Shown piece after piece: positions 35,433-47,900 of a stretch of DNA of 64,000 nt (position 1 is the stretch's first letter; every line of letters begins with the position of its first letter). The notes under the pieces are model-generated. The model made no database searches and had not been told where the DNA came from. It worked only from the letters and a program-made list of their open reading frames with translations. The translations under genes were made by a program, and so were the position numbers. The stretch is taken from the NCBI GenBank assembly GCA_038087875.1, contig CM075991.1:12836001-12900000 (forward strand), given 5' to 3'. This DNA is from Malacoraja senta (lineage: Eukaryota).

Positions 35433-38400
35433 ATTAAAAAATCAAACGTCTTTTGGGATCAGTTGCTGAAATTCTTGGTGGTTGAAATGTGAAAAGAGTA
35501 AGGGAACCTTCAGCCGAATTATAGTCATGAAATTAAGAAATTTGAATGCATAAATTGGTAACAATCAGTAACGTATTGCTGACAAATCACACTGAGCTCC
35601 TCAAACAACCAGTGGAAATTTCCAAGTGTTAAAGACAAGGAATGGAACATTTTTAATTTGCGTGAGCAATGTTGATCCAGCTCTCTGCAGGCTCTTGTGA
35701 AGACTGTTCTGAAACTGTTCGCTGCATAATGTAGCTCAAGCAGAAGTGAAATCTCTTTATGGAGCCGTGGCTAGATCGGACGGGCACAATGGGACGGGCA
35801 GCAGCAATGCTGTAGATCGCAGCAGTAGCTGGCTCTCCCCCCACCCCATGCTCAGCAGTAAAGGAACTCCTAATCAGCTGCTCTCGCCCAGTGTTATAGA
35901 GCAAACATCAGCCATGGTTTGGACTGCCATGTACTTTAGAGAAACAGTGTGGAAACAGGCCTTCTGGCCCACTGAGTCCACGCTGACCATCCATCACCCA
36001 TTCACTAGTTCTATGTTATCCCACTTTCATATCATACTAGGGACAATCTGCAGAAGCCAATTAACCTACAGGAAACTGAAGCACCCGGAGAAAACCCATG
36101 CAGTCACAGAGATAACATACAAACTCCGCACAGACAGCACCCGTAGTCAGGATCAAAACCAGATCTCTGGAGCTTAGGCAGCAGCACTAGCACTGTGTCA
36201 CTGTGCTGCCCTGGGACTGCTGGGGATGTATAAGCTAGGGAACTGCTTATAAACTAGGGACTGTCGACAAGCTAGGGTACTGTTTGATTCACCTCTACCC
36301 CATTGTGGACATTGGAGCTGATGAGGTACAATGCTGAGAACTATATTCTGCACTCTGTATCTTCCCCTTTGCTATTGTACTTGAGATCGACTTGATTGTA
36401 TTTATGTATAGTAGTATCTGATCTGATTGGGAAGCGAGCTTTGACTGGACCCCAGTGTGAGGTGAGTGGAGGGGAGGGTGGGAGATGAAGGCAGGGTCCC
36501 CAGTGTGTGAGGGGCATTGTGCGAGGTCAGGAGAGGGCATGAGGGACAGGGCGTGTGGGGGGAGGGGGATGTGTTCGGGAGGTGAAGGTGAGGGACACAT
36601 GGCAGTGAACGGTGTAAGTGTCCCAGAAATAGCAGACGTCTGCCAAAAGGCACATCCTCAACTACCTCCCCCTGTGGCTGAAAACCTGATTGAAACCCTC
36701 TATCCAGACACACAGTGGACTTGACTCCATAAAAACACAGGAAGCAACACTCAGCCTTCCTTGACCTCACTGAAGCCATTAAACCACCAGCTGAAAAACT
36801 CTGTGAACCATCCTCCTCATATTCGGCTTCTCCATCTTACATCCGCTACCATTCTCACTGATGGATCTGAAGCAAAGCACACCAGTTTTGGAGTAAGGCA
36901 CCACTTTTCCCCCCAATCTTTCTCGCCATATTTCTGGATTTCACTTCCAACAAGCTAGAACTAAAAGACTAATAGGGAAATAATTTAACCCACTATAAAC
37001 CCAGATCACCCAGGGCCAGCAGTTGAGCCACAGATCACAGACACCACTTGTGCAGTTCGGGCAAGACCAAATGACTGTTAACTCACTCATTTACAAAACC
37101 AAGTTCACCAACTAACTTGTCCCTGTCGCATTACACCATCAGCCCACAATAATGTTGGAAGGTGTGCATCACTTCTCATATCTCAAGAGCCACCTCAACT
37201 CCAAGGCATTCATAGATGGTGAACATGGACTTGTGGAAAAGATCAGTATGGCAGACGTGATTCCTGCCCATTTATGGCCTACTGAGGTTTGCACCACCTC
37301 CACAAGGCAATTCAAGGCACTGGAGAGATACTGCTAACTCTGTTAACACTGTTACTGCTAACACTAACAATTAGTGAGCACCGTACTCAGCATCAAGCCC
37401 TTTAAAACATTCACTCAGCTTCACTGGACAGACCAAGTCGTTCACATGCCTGAGCACTCTCCCAAAATAAACATTCTATTCTAAGCTTTATCACTGTAAG
37501 TCATTCCCACATGGATAGATCAAAGCCTCCTTATACAAACGCAATGTTCCCACCAGTGCCAGTAGATCCTCCGGCCACAACCGGGAAGCATCATTTGGAT
37601 GGATCGGAAAACTTGAGTCCATTCAATGGAGGACACGGGATCCAGCACAAACGACAGAAAGAGTGGTCCCATCCATCGCAGCAGCCTCTTCCTGCCAGAG
37701 TGGTACGCCATGGAAACTGGCCCTTCGACCCAACTTGCCCATGCTGACCGAGATGCCCAATCAAAGCTAGTCCTATTTGCTTGTGTTTGGCCCACATCCC
37801 TCTAAACCTGTCCTATCTATGAACCTGTCCCAAGTGTTTTTAAATGCCGCAATAGTCCCTGCCTCAACTATCTCTCTGGCAGCTTGTTCCATACACCCAC
37901 CACCCTCTGTGTGAAAAACTACCCCTCTCACCTTAAACCTATGTCCTTTTGTTTGTGATCCCCCTACTCTGGTCAAAGACTGTGAATTCACCCTCCTCAT
38001 GTTCTCATGATTTTATACACCTCTAGAAGAGACCCTCAGCCTCCCCTGCTCCAAGGATTAAAGACCTCTCCTGCCCAATCTCTGCTGCACCTTTGCTGCA
38101 CAATGCAGTGGTTAGTGCAGATATAGGGGCCGTGACCTCAGTAGACACCTACAATACCATACGATACGATAGAACGTTATTTATCCCAGGAGGGAAATTG
38201 ATCTGCCAACAATCATAAAACACAAGATACAAGAAACATGAAATTAAAGTGACGAATGGAAAGGCTTGGGGGAATGTGCAAAGATTGGGGGGACGGGGGG
38301 GGGGGGGGGGGGGTGTAGTCAGTCTCAGTCTACCCCATGACAGAAGGGGGAGGAGTTGTAATTGTTATTGCCCTTATTTTAACACAGTAATGGATGAGTG

Positions 38401-40619
38401 AACTCCACACTTACAGATATAAAAGATAGTTTCATTCTTTTTTTTTTAAAGAAGGTCCCCATTTTGACTTTTGCACTAAATGCTGACCTCATTCAGTGTA
38501 CCAGCTGAAGGTGAAACCCACTCATCAGGCTTGTACGTCTGATAGCAGCAGTCAATGGGTGACACAGATGCAGGAAATACAGATGCTGGAATCTTGTTCA
38601 AATAACACACTGCTGGAGGAACGGAGTGATTTGCAGAGTCCAAGCCTGACTCTGGTCCATGTTCCCCCACAGTTGTTGCCTGGCCCGCTGAGTTCCTCCA
38701 GCAGAGTGATGAGGGCAGGAACTCGCTGCCAGGGTGGTTGGTGGTGGAGGCAGAAACGATAGTGGCTTTGAAGAGGCTTTTAGATAGGAACATGTAAGTG
38801 CAGGGAATAGAGGGACAAGTATAGGGAGAGGAGATCAGTTTAATTAGGCATCATGTTCGGCAGAATTCGGCACAGGGCCAAATAAACTTCCATCAGTCAG
38901 AGAACAAACCTTAGTTTCCAATCCATGCTCCACCCAATCCCATTGCTCTCTGCCACTGACGTTGGCAGTAGTTGCTGGCCAGATGGTTCTGGGACGTCAC
39001 TGACTGAGATCCTGGCTGCCTGGGGGTATTTGAAACTCAATACAATCCTGCCCTTTGCTGCTGAAAGGATCGTTTCCAGTTACAGTGTGTCCCTTGAAAG
39101 CAACGTGGCTGCAGTCTGTGTACTGATATACTGACGTACTGATGGCCCTGCTGCAGCCTGCAGGTACATTAAGCAGGTCAGAAAGCAACTCATTGTCCAC
39201 CGAGAGTGACTGTCAGTCTCCAAAAAACAAACCGCATGCTTACAAGATAGAACAGAATCACGAAGTAGGACAAGCTGATAAGCACGAAGAAACGTAGATT
39301 AAAGCAAAGATACAAAAAGCTGGAGTGACTCAGCGGGACAGAATCAGCAGCATCTCTGGAGAGTAGGAATGGGTGACATTTCAGGCCGAGACCCTTCATC
39401 AAAGCAAGCGGGGTGGGAGATTGCAACCTTCACGTGGTCCGCTCTGTTTCAACGAATGCAATTAACCTGGCGTGCACAATCAAATAAGATCAAATAGAAC
39501 AAGTTGTCCTACAACTTTAGGAGGTGCATGCCATACGCAAGAAGATCAAAGCAAGCCGGTGACTTTGATGATGACAGATGGACAACATAGTGACACAGCT
39601 GGTAGAACTGCTGCCCCTCAATGCCAGAGACTAGCTGTGGCACAGTAGCGCAGCGGTAGAGTTGCTGCCTCACAGCGCCAGTGACCAAGGTGACTACAGG
39701 TGCTGTCTGTACGGACATTGTACCTTCTCTCCATGACCGCGTGGGTTTTCTGCCACCTTCCAAAGAGTGTGGGTTTGTAGGTTAATTGGCTGCTTGAAAC
39801 TTGCTCTAGTGTGTAGGTGAGTGGTAGAATGTGGGGAAGAGCGAGCAGTTGATGAGAATGTGGCGAGAATATAAAAGGCACTGATATAGGATTGATGTTG
39901 AAGGGCCTCGACTTGAAATGTCACCTATATCCTCCAATGATGCTTCCTGACCTGTTGAGTTACTCCAGCATTTTGTCTATTGTCAGCCTGACTCGCTAAT
40001 GGAACCATTAATCATTACTGTAAGGGGGATGGGGGGTGCGGGCGGTGGGGACTGAGCAGTGTGGAGGAACAGAAAGGGACCTTGGAGTGTTTGCCCACTG
40101 ATCCTCAAAGGTAGGAAGACAGGTCAATAAAATGGTTAAAGAGGTAAATGGGATGTTTAAAAAAAAAAAGTAGCCAGACCTCTCTCCCATCAGGCAAGAG
40201 GCACACAAGTACAAACGCACTAACCTCCAGATTCAGGGAGTTTCTTCCCAGCTGTTATCAGGCAACTGAACCGTCTTCTCCTCAGCTGGAGTGTGGTTCT
40301 GACCTCGCATCGACCTCATTGGAGACCTTTGAACTGTCTTTAATTAGACAAACGTTCTATCTTGCACCAAATGTTGTATCCTTGATCTGTACACTATGGA
40401 CGGCTTGATTGTATTCATTCATGGTTTTTTCTATGACTGGAAAGCACGCAGACAAAAGCTTTTCACTGTACCTCAGTAGCCACAACAATAATAAACTAAA
40501 CTAAAACCAAACTAAAATAAAGAATATGAGTTTGGAGTTTGTGCTAAAACTTATCCAGCATTAGTTAGATCACAACTGGAGTACTGCATACCATTCTGGT
40601 CACCACGTTACACAGAAAG

Positions 40620-40985
40620 ATAGAAACATACAAAATAGGTGCAGGAGTCGGCCATACAGCCCATTGAGCCAACACCGCCATTCAATATGATCATGGCTGA
40701 TCATCCACAATCATTACCCCTTTCCTGCTTTTTCCCCATATCGCTTGATTCCATTAGCTCCAAGAACTAAATCTAACTCTCTCTTGAATACATTCAGTAA
40801 ATTGGCCTCCACTGGCAGAGAATTCCAGATTCACAACTCACTGGGTGAAAATGTTTTTCCTCATCTCAGTCCTAAATGGCCGACCCCTTATTCTTAAACT
40901 GTGACCCCTGGTTCTGAACTCCCCCAACATCGGGAACGTTTTTCCTGCATCTAGCCTGTCCAATCGTTTAAGAATTTTATATGTT
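40620..40985 (-). mobile_element. CR1/HER1-like LINE 3' fragment
   Basis: Closely similar to 1136-1510. Confidence 0.8.
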
Positions 40986-41286
40986 TGCACCTCAGAGATA
41001 TTACCTGTGATTTAAAAACCTTTTGTCCAAGTTGTTGCTGAATTGACCTGACGCTCAGTCACATTTCTGCAGGTATTCATTTACAAACAGGGTTCTATTC
41101 AATGGAATTCAGAAGGTAGCCAGGGCACCTTGTAGCATTTTCTGTACAAGGTCACAGCGCCTTCATCACTTCAAACAACGCTTGTCAACATTTAGGTTTA
41201 GGTTCTACCTTAAAAAAATAGAGTAGACACAAAATGCTGGAGTAACTCAGCGGGATAAGCAGCATCTCTGGAGAGAAGGAATGGGT

Positions 41287-41314
41287 GACGTTTCGGGTCG
41301 AGACCCTTCTTCAG
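41287..41314 (-). ncRNA. Minimal hammerhead ribozyme core in a Penelope-derived repeat
   Basis: Exact reverse complement of 23827-23854. Confidence 0.65.
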
Positions 41315-41540
41315 AGTTGTTCAACAGGGAAGCTCCATCGATGCTGCCTCACCCGCTGTGTTTCTCCAGCATTTTTGTATACCTTCGATTGTTCCAGCAT
41401 CTGCAGTTCCTTCTTAAACAACCTGTATCTTCTACTATTTCTCCTAATTCCTTTTTCCTCAATAGAGCCTGGAGTGGGCCTTGCTCAATCACCTTCTTGT
41501 ATTGTATTTCACTGTTTGTAATCCACACTGATCATAGTAG

Positions 41541-41814
41541 GGTGGGGCAGTGGTGCAGCGGTAGAGTTGCTGCCTTACAGCACCAGAGATCCTACCCACC
41601 GGTGCTTGTACGTTCTCCATGTGACTGCGTGGGTTTTCTCCGGGTGCTCCGGTTTCCTCCCACATTCCAATGACGTGCAGGTTTGTAGGTTAGTTAGCTT
41701 CTGTAAATTGTCCCTAGTGTGTAGGCTTGAACTTTGCAAGGGTGAGTGATGGTCGGTGTGGATTCGCTGGGTAAAAGGGTCTGTTCCACACTGTATCTCT
41801 AAACTAAACTAAAA
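41541..41814 (+). mobile_element. HE1-like V-SINE
   Basis: tRNA-like head, V-domain, (aaact)n tail. Confidence 0.75.
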
Positions 41815-44802
41815 TAGTCCACAAAATCCACAGGTACTTCCCGAGTTACTGGTGTAAAGGCAAGGCTACTATTCTTTCTGCAAGTGCACAGCACACTTGT
41901 GCTTTAGTGACTGAAGCTGCCACCTGCAGCCAGAAACAGTATCACAACTTTACTCAGCTAAAAATTAAATATAGAACGTGCTGGGAATACACCTGCAGAT
42001 GCTAGGACCTTAGTAAAACACAAAGTGCTGGAGGAACTCGGCGAGTCAAGCGGCAACTGTGGAGATTCCTGAACCAAACGTTGCCAGTCCATGCCGAAGA
42101 TACTATCTCAAATACCAACCTTATAAAACACAAAGTACTGGAGCAACACAGCAGGTCCGGGCAGCATCTGTGGAGAGCATGTATGGGCAATGTGTAGAAA
42201 GGAACGGCAGATGCTGGTTTAAACTGAAGATTGACACAAAAATGTTTTTTAGAAGATGATAATCGGAGCTGCACCTACTTTGAAAATAGTTGCTGCTCTA
42301 CTCAATAGTATTTGGAAAACGATATGTATATGTATTGCAATACTTTTAACACTTATCATTTTGTCCCTGTCTTCACTGTTGGATGTTCTTTATCATCCTG
42401 TGCTTTGCAGGTGAACGTTCATTACTTTCTTACCAATGCTGTCTTGTACATTTTAAGTTGGATTAGCTGGCTTCTTATACATTTAATTTACATAAAGTAA
42501 TTTATTGCACGAGTCAGTTACTCATTGGTTAAACAAGTTACTCCGTACTTACCTATCAATTTGCATTCTTTTAACACCTGTCATTGAATAGCTTTAAATC
42601 TTCAACAGGATTAAATATTTGCTGAGTCAGTTTGATGAATTCCCACCCTACCGTTGCGTAAGAGGAAATTAATCTTGATTTGGACAGTGAAAATGTAGGA
42701 TGGGACAGGATTTTGGGCATGGTAATTAGATATGTACCTATTGTGCTGCAGACGAGTATAATGTGCAGATCTTCTAGAAATATCCAACGTTTATTTGACA
42801 GAGTGATGAGATAAAGAATGAACCGGAAACAAATGTGATACAGAATAGTTTTTATGTCGGTTTGGTAACAAAATCAATCTTAACTAAATAATAAAAACAT
42901 TAAAACATTGAACAACCTTTGCTTTGAAATCTCAACCAGGGCAGGCGATAGCACTTAGTTTCACCACCTCAGACACTTCAAAGCAGTTCACAACCATTGA
43001 AGCACTTTAGAAATGTTGTACTGTAGGAAAGGGTGATCAAACAGTAGTAACAAGGCTAATAACATCAATGCAGTGTCAATACATTTTTATTTGTGTTCAT
43101 TCTGTCACCCATTCTGCCCAAAAGTAGTTTAAAAGCAGTTTGAAACCACGTGCTTTACTTTGACAGAGACCAGACAGGAGGGTGGATGATATCTATGTTT
43201 CTGCTGCAAACAAAATGAGTGGCCTCTTGGGTGAAGTACATGGCCCATTATAACACTGTACCGAGCAAGATCAACCAGCTCTGTGCTCAGATAGCCGTCC
43301 TCGGCTGGAGTAGTGAGGGTGAACACTTGCAGGCAGAGGAGGCAACAATAGCGACCAGCAAGAGGTATTGTGCCTGGGGTTAATCACAGCTCCGCCGTTG
43401 ACTTGGACTTGCCCTGTGTGGCTCAGAACCACCGCACGTGCTTAATACCTCTGGACCACCTGGGGAAGGGGAAGCTACACATTTCTGCAGGAATTGGCAC
43501 CTTCATTGTTGGGCTTTTCTCATCTTTGCCAACATTTATATAATGTGAATTAATAAAAACATTTCTTCTACTTGCATGTGAGGGTCGCTAATATAATAGA
43601 CATGTTGGAGACACAAGAGGCAGCAGATGCTGGAAACCTGAGCAAAAAGCAAGCTGCTGGAGGAACTCTGTGGACCAGGCAGTATCTGTGGAAGGTGATG
43701 TTTCAGATCGGTCGCTTCCTCCATTTCCCTCCATGATGCTGCCTGGCCCACTGAGTTCCTCCAGCAGTTAGTTATTTGCTCTAACTCCATGTTGATGCTC
43801 TTGGTATCCTGAGTTCATTTCCATGCCCGAATGTAAAGGACACCTCCGTGCTGCCAGAGTGCATGCATGCAAATAGCAGGGAGACACTGCCCGTAATTCC
43901 TCCGTGCCTCCTTAACAGAAAGTTTGTGCCTTGACCACTTGTCATTGCTGCCTCCTTGCCTATAAACCACCCTTACTGCCATCATCTTTCAAGATGTTGC
44001 CAGAACACAATTGGCAGCCAGCAGGTCTTTACCAGCTACTGCTAACTATTCCCCCGCTAGCTTCTAGTAATTCGTGAGATTAACAGTAATCTCGTCAGAG
44101 AGGGTTGCTCATTTCGGAACGCTCTTATCTCATTGCATCAAATTTGAAATCCCATCAAATCTAATTAAGAACGCTCTCTGCAAAAAAAAGAATGGAGTTG
44201 CCCAACAGAGCTGTTCCAACACTGGTAACTGGATGTAACCATGTACATAAAGCTGATCCTTGTTCGGTAAATTCTCATGTTATTCACAATAACAGTTTCC
44301 CTTAGAAAGTACCGTGGCTATAATCGCCTTGGGTTGTGCTTTTCCGTAAATGTACCATAGTGAAGAATGGGATAACTCTTTGAATTCCTGTTAACACTTT
44401 CTTTGTGGAATTGGGAACACTGGCACCCACTACATCCCTTTTCCTCATGAGGATTGTTAAAACACCTGGATTAAAAAAAGAATACTTTTGATTCACTAAT
44501 TTCCAAGATAAAATCGTATCAAAGTGTTTGTATTCTTTTGTCATTGTGCACCATAGATTGTGGAGCTGGTATTGTAGTCGCTGAAGCTCCCATGAATTTG
44601 GCAGTTAGTTGAACAATGTGTATTGCATCCTTCAGGAATACAAGCTCTGGCCACCACCCTTTCCAGCCTCCTTTGACCCAGTTTGTCCCTACACATGGCC
44701 CTGAGCCCTAGACTCTCTCCACACTTCATTAACCATCTAAAAATGGAGACAAGAACACAAAACAAAACAAACTTCGATCACCCAATGACATTGCAGTTGT
44801 AC

Positions 44803-44925
44803 TCAACGCTTTGAGATCCTCTTTTCAATTTCCTCCTGGATTCTAAGTCTCAGAGCTTCTTTCATCAAAGGCTCTAAACTATTCTTAGTCCCAATTTTTT
44901 CTGCCACATTCTTGGGGTCATCGCC
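44803..44925 (-). CDS. C2orf68: C2orf68 coding exon 4
   Basis: GDDPKNVAEKIGTKNSLEPLMKEALRLRIQEEIEKRISKR*. Confidence 0.92.
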   Translation of the reverse strand, partial: GDDPKNVAEKIGTKNSLEPLMKEALRLRIQEEIEKRISKR

Positions 44926-47900
44926 CTGTGGCAAGAGAAGAAAAGAAAGTTGGTCATTACTTGGGTCCTTCTGCGGCCTCCTAGGATTTTACAGTCCTTC
45001 CTTCATAGAAATTCACATCACTAAAGGAAACCATTTATTCCATTGTCTCAGAGTAAGAACTATCTAAAGTATCCCACTGCTCTGCTCTTTCCCATAACCT
45101 TGCAAATCTTTTACATGAAATGTCCAGTTTAGGTTCTGTCAGAAGTAGATTCCAGATCACACCAGCAAGTTCTCTGTATTTAGTCATGGAGCAATACAGG
45201 ACTTTAGTCCAACTCAACCACGCTGACCACATTGGCTAACTTGGCCAGTCCCACATATGTTATTTTCAAGTCTCTTCTTCTAATATTCCATGCCCTTTTC
45301 ACAGACCTGTCACTCCACTAGAATAGCAGGACACTCAGTGACCACTCTTCACATATGTACCAAACGAGTTTGAGTTGGGAGTCAATTGACCATGGAAGTG
45401 TCATGGTGAAACTCCTCTGGTTATACACAAGGCCTATCGACCGGTCACTCATCAGTGGGAGTCTTATCTATCTGTTTAAACACATAACCCAGGCCACAGA
45501 TTAAGATTAACGCTGGGAGAGCACGGTTGATATAGGTTTAACAGTAGACAATGCCTGTGTTTGCAACAAGGGGCAAACTTACCTGATGAATTATGACTGA
45601 TGTAACAATCTTATCATCTGCATGGTAATCCAGACAGAACAGTTCTGTGTTTGACTCGGTGGTGGTATTCTGTGGTTCTGCATCGGTGCTAGAGCTGCTT
45701 TCATTTGACTCCTCGCACTCAAACCCAGAGAAATTCTCTGCTCCATCTACAAAGGACAGGAGCAATAAACATGGACTGTTTCTGATTCCCCACGCGTCCA
45801 CACCTTCTCAGGTGCCTCTTCAGTTACCCATCACCCTTCCTCACCCATTTCTTCACAGCTTCATTGGCATCAGATGGGTCTCTCTCAAGTGGAACGTGTA
45901 ACCAGAGGTTATCTATAATCTTAATGTTCATACAATTCATAACAGGAGTTACTATGTAATGATTGATGTGAAAGCCCTGCTGTTTTCATTCCACCCACTG
46001 ATGTAGAACAACTTGCATCCAGCCTCTAATGACATTAATATGTCCAGCATGCATCATGGATGAAACCTGCGAGTTTCCTGACTTGTACAATTTAAACCAC
46101 TCGCCCACGAGTTGCCTTTGACAGACAATTTCCATTGTGTTAAAGTCCCCCATCATGATCCTGACCAGAGTGACACCAACTATGGAGAGGGGTGTACTTA
46201 CTCCTCCGACGTGGATGGTACACCTGCAGGTCTGGTTTGCGTGGACGGACTGGAGCAGGGGTCTGCCTCTTCTTCTGCCTTTCCTTTGACTGTCTCACTT
46301 CCTTATCGTAATCATCTCTAAAAGCGAGAGTCAAAAAGCTTCATTTAATCCATTCACCTTTTTCTCTTGGTCCCTCCTTCATTCCTGAATCCCACCATAG
46401 TTACCACAACTAATAATTCATAAGAAATGCAACAACTGAGATATCACGTCATTGTCCACAATGAAGCACAACTTGTGTTTGTATTGTATTTAACACAGGA
46501 AAATGTCTGAAGGTGCTTCACTACAAGGTTATCAATCTTGCATGGAGCCATAGAACAATGTATTGGGGCAGATGAGCACAAGCTTGGTCTACAAGTTAGT
46601 GCCTTGAAGGGATAGAGTGGAGTGCTCATGCAAGAGAATTGCAGACTCGCAGCACTGGCACTGAGCATCATCCAAGGTGCAGCATCTTCATTAATGCCAA
46701 TTCAAGGAAGCAAAATCTTGGCGGCTTGCTGGACTGGAGAAGATTTCAGTGAAAGGGAACAAAGACCTTGAAGGGATTTGAAAATAAAGATGAGAATGTT
46801 AAAATGTATTCCAAACATTGGTGAGTAAGCAAAGGTGTAGTAGCAGTGGACATCCCAGCTTAGCACTGAAGACCTGCACTCCAGAACTAGGAGCACCTCT
46901 AGCCAAGGTATTCCACTGTGGTTACCACACTGGCATTTACCTGAGGATGTGGAACGTTGCCCAGAGATGCCCTATTGACTAAACGCAGGTCAATCCACTG
47001 CCAAAATAATTGCCGCGTAGCCAATCCAATCTTTCATAACTGGCATGCTCCACCCCAGTAACATTGCATCCCTCCATTAGTGGGGCAACCAGAACCAGCC
47101 GTGGGCTAATTAAATCACAAAGGACCATAACCTCATGCTCTTGTTCTCTTTGCACTGATTAATGAAGCAAAGTATCTTGTACACCTGCACCACCTCATCT
47201 ACCTATGCTGGGAATCCTTGGATTCTGTTTGGCAGTAGAGTCATAGTCATAGAGTGATACAGTGTGGAAACAGGCCCTTCGACCCAACTTGCCCACATCG
47301 GCCAATATGTCCCAGCTACACTAGTCCCATCCACTTGCACTTGGTCCATATCCATCCAAACCTGTCCTATCCATGTACCTGTCTGTTTCTTAAACGTTGG
47401 GATAGTCCCAGCCTCAACTACCTCCTCTGGCAGCTTGTTCCATACACTGGTACTCCAAGGGAATTTCCATTCATTGTGCGTGTCTTGCCCGTATTAATCC
47501 TCCCAAAGTGCACCATCTTGCATTTGGCAGAATCAAATTCCATCTGCCATTGATCTGCCCATCGCAACTGCTCAATGTGGCCTAAGCCTATCCTCCACAC
47601 TATCAACACACGGCTAATTTGTATGTCATTCAGTCATCACCATCATTTTCATTGTTCTCTCCCCTCTGCATTTTAAAATGTTCTTCAATTTCATGCTTTC
47701 CCAGTTCTGATCAAAAGTCATCCACCTGATAGTGTCTGATAGCATTTTCCGTTTGTATTGAATTGATAAAAAGTAGGTGTAGATGTAACTTTTTCACAGA
47801 GAGTTAGATTGGATGAAATAGAAATCAGAGGTTGCATCTTTCCACTTGGGAGTTAGATTATATCTTTTGCACCCTACATGTATTAATAGTTCCACTTTAA

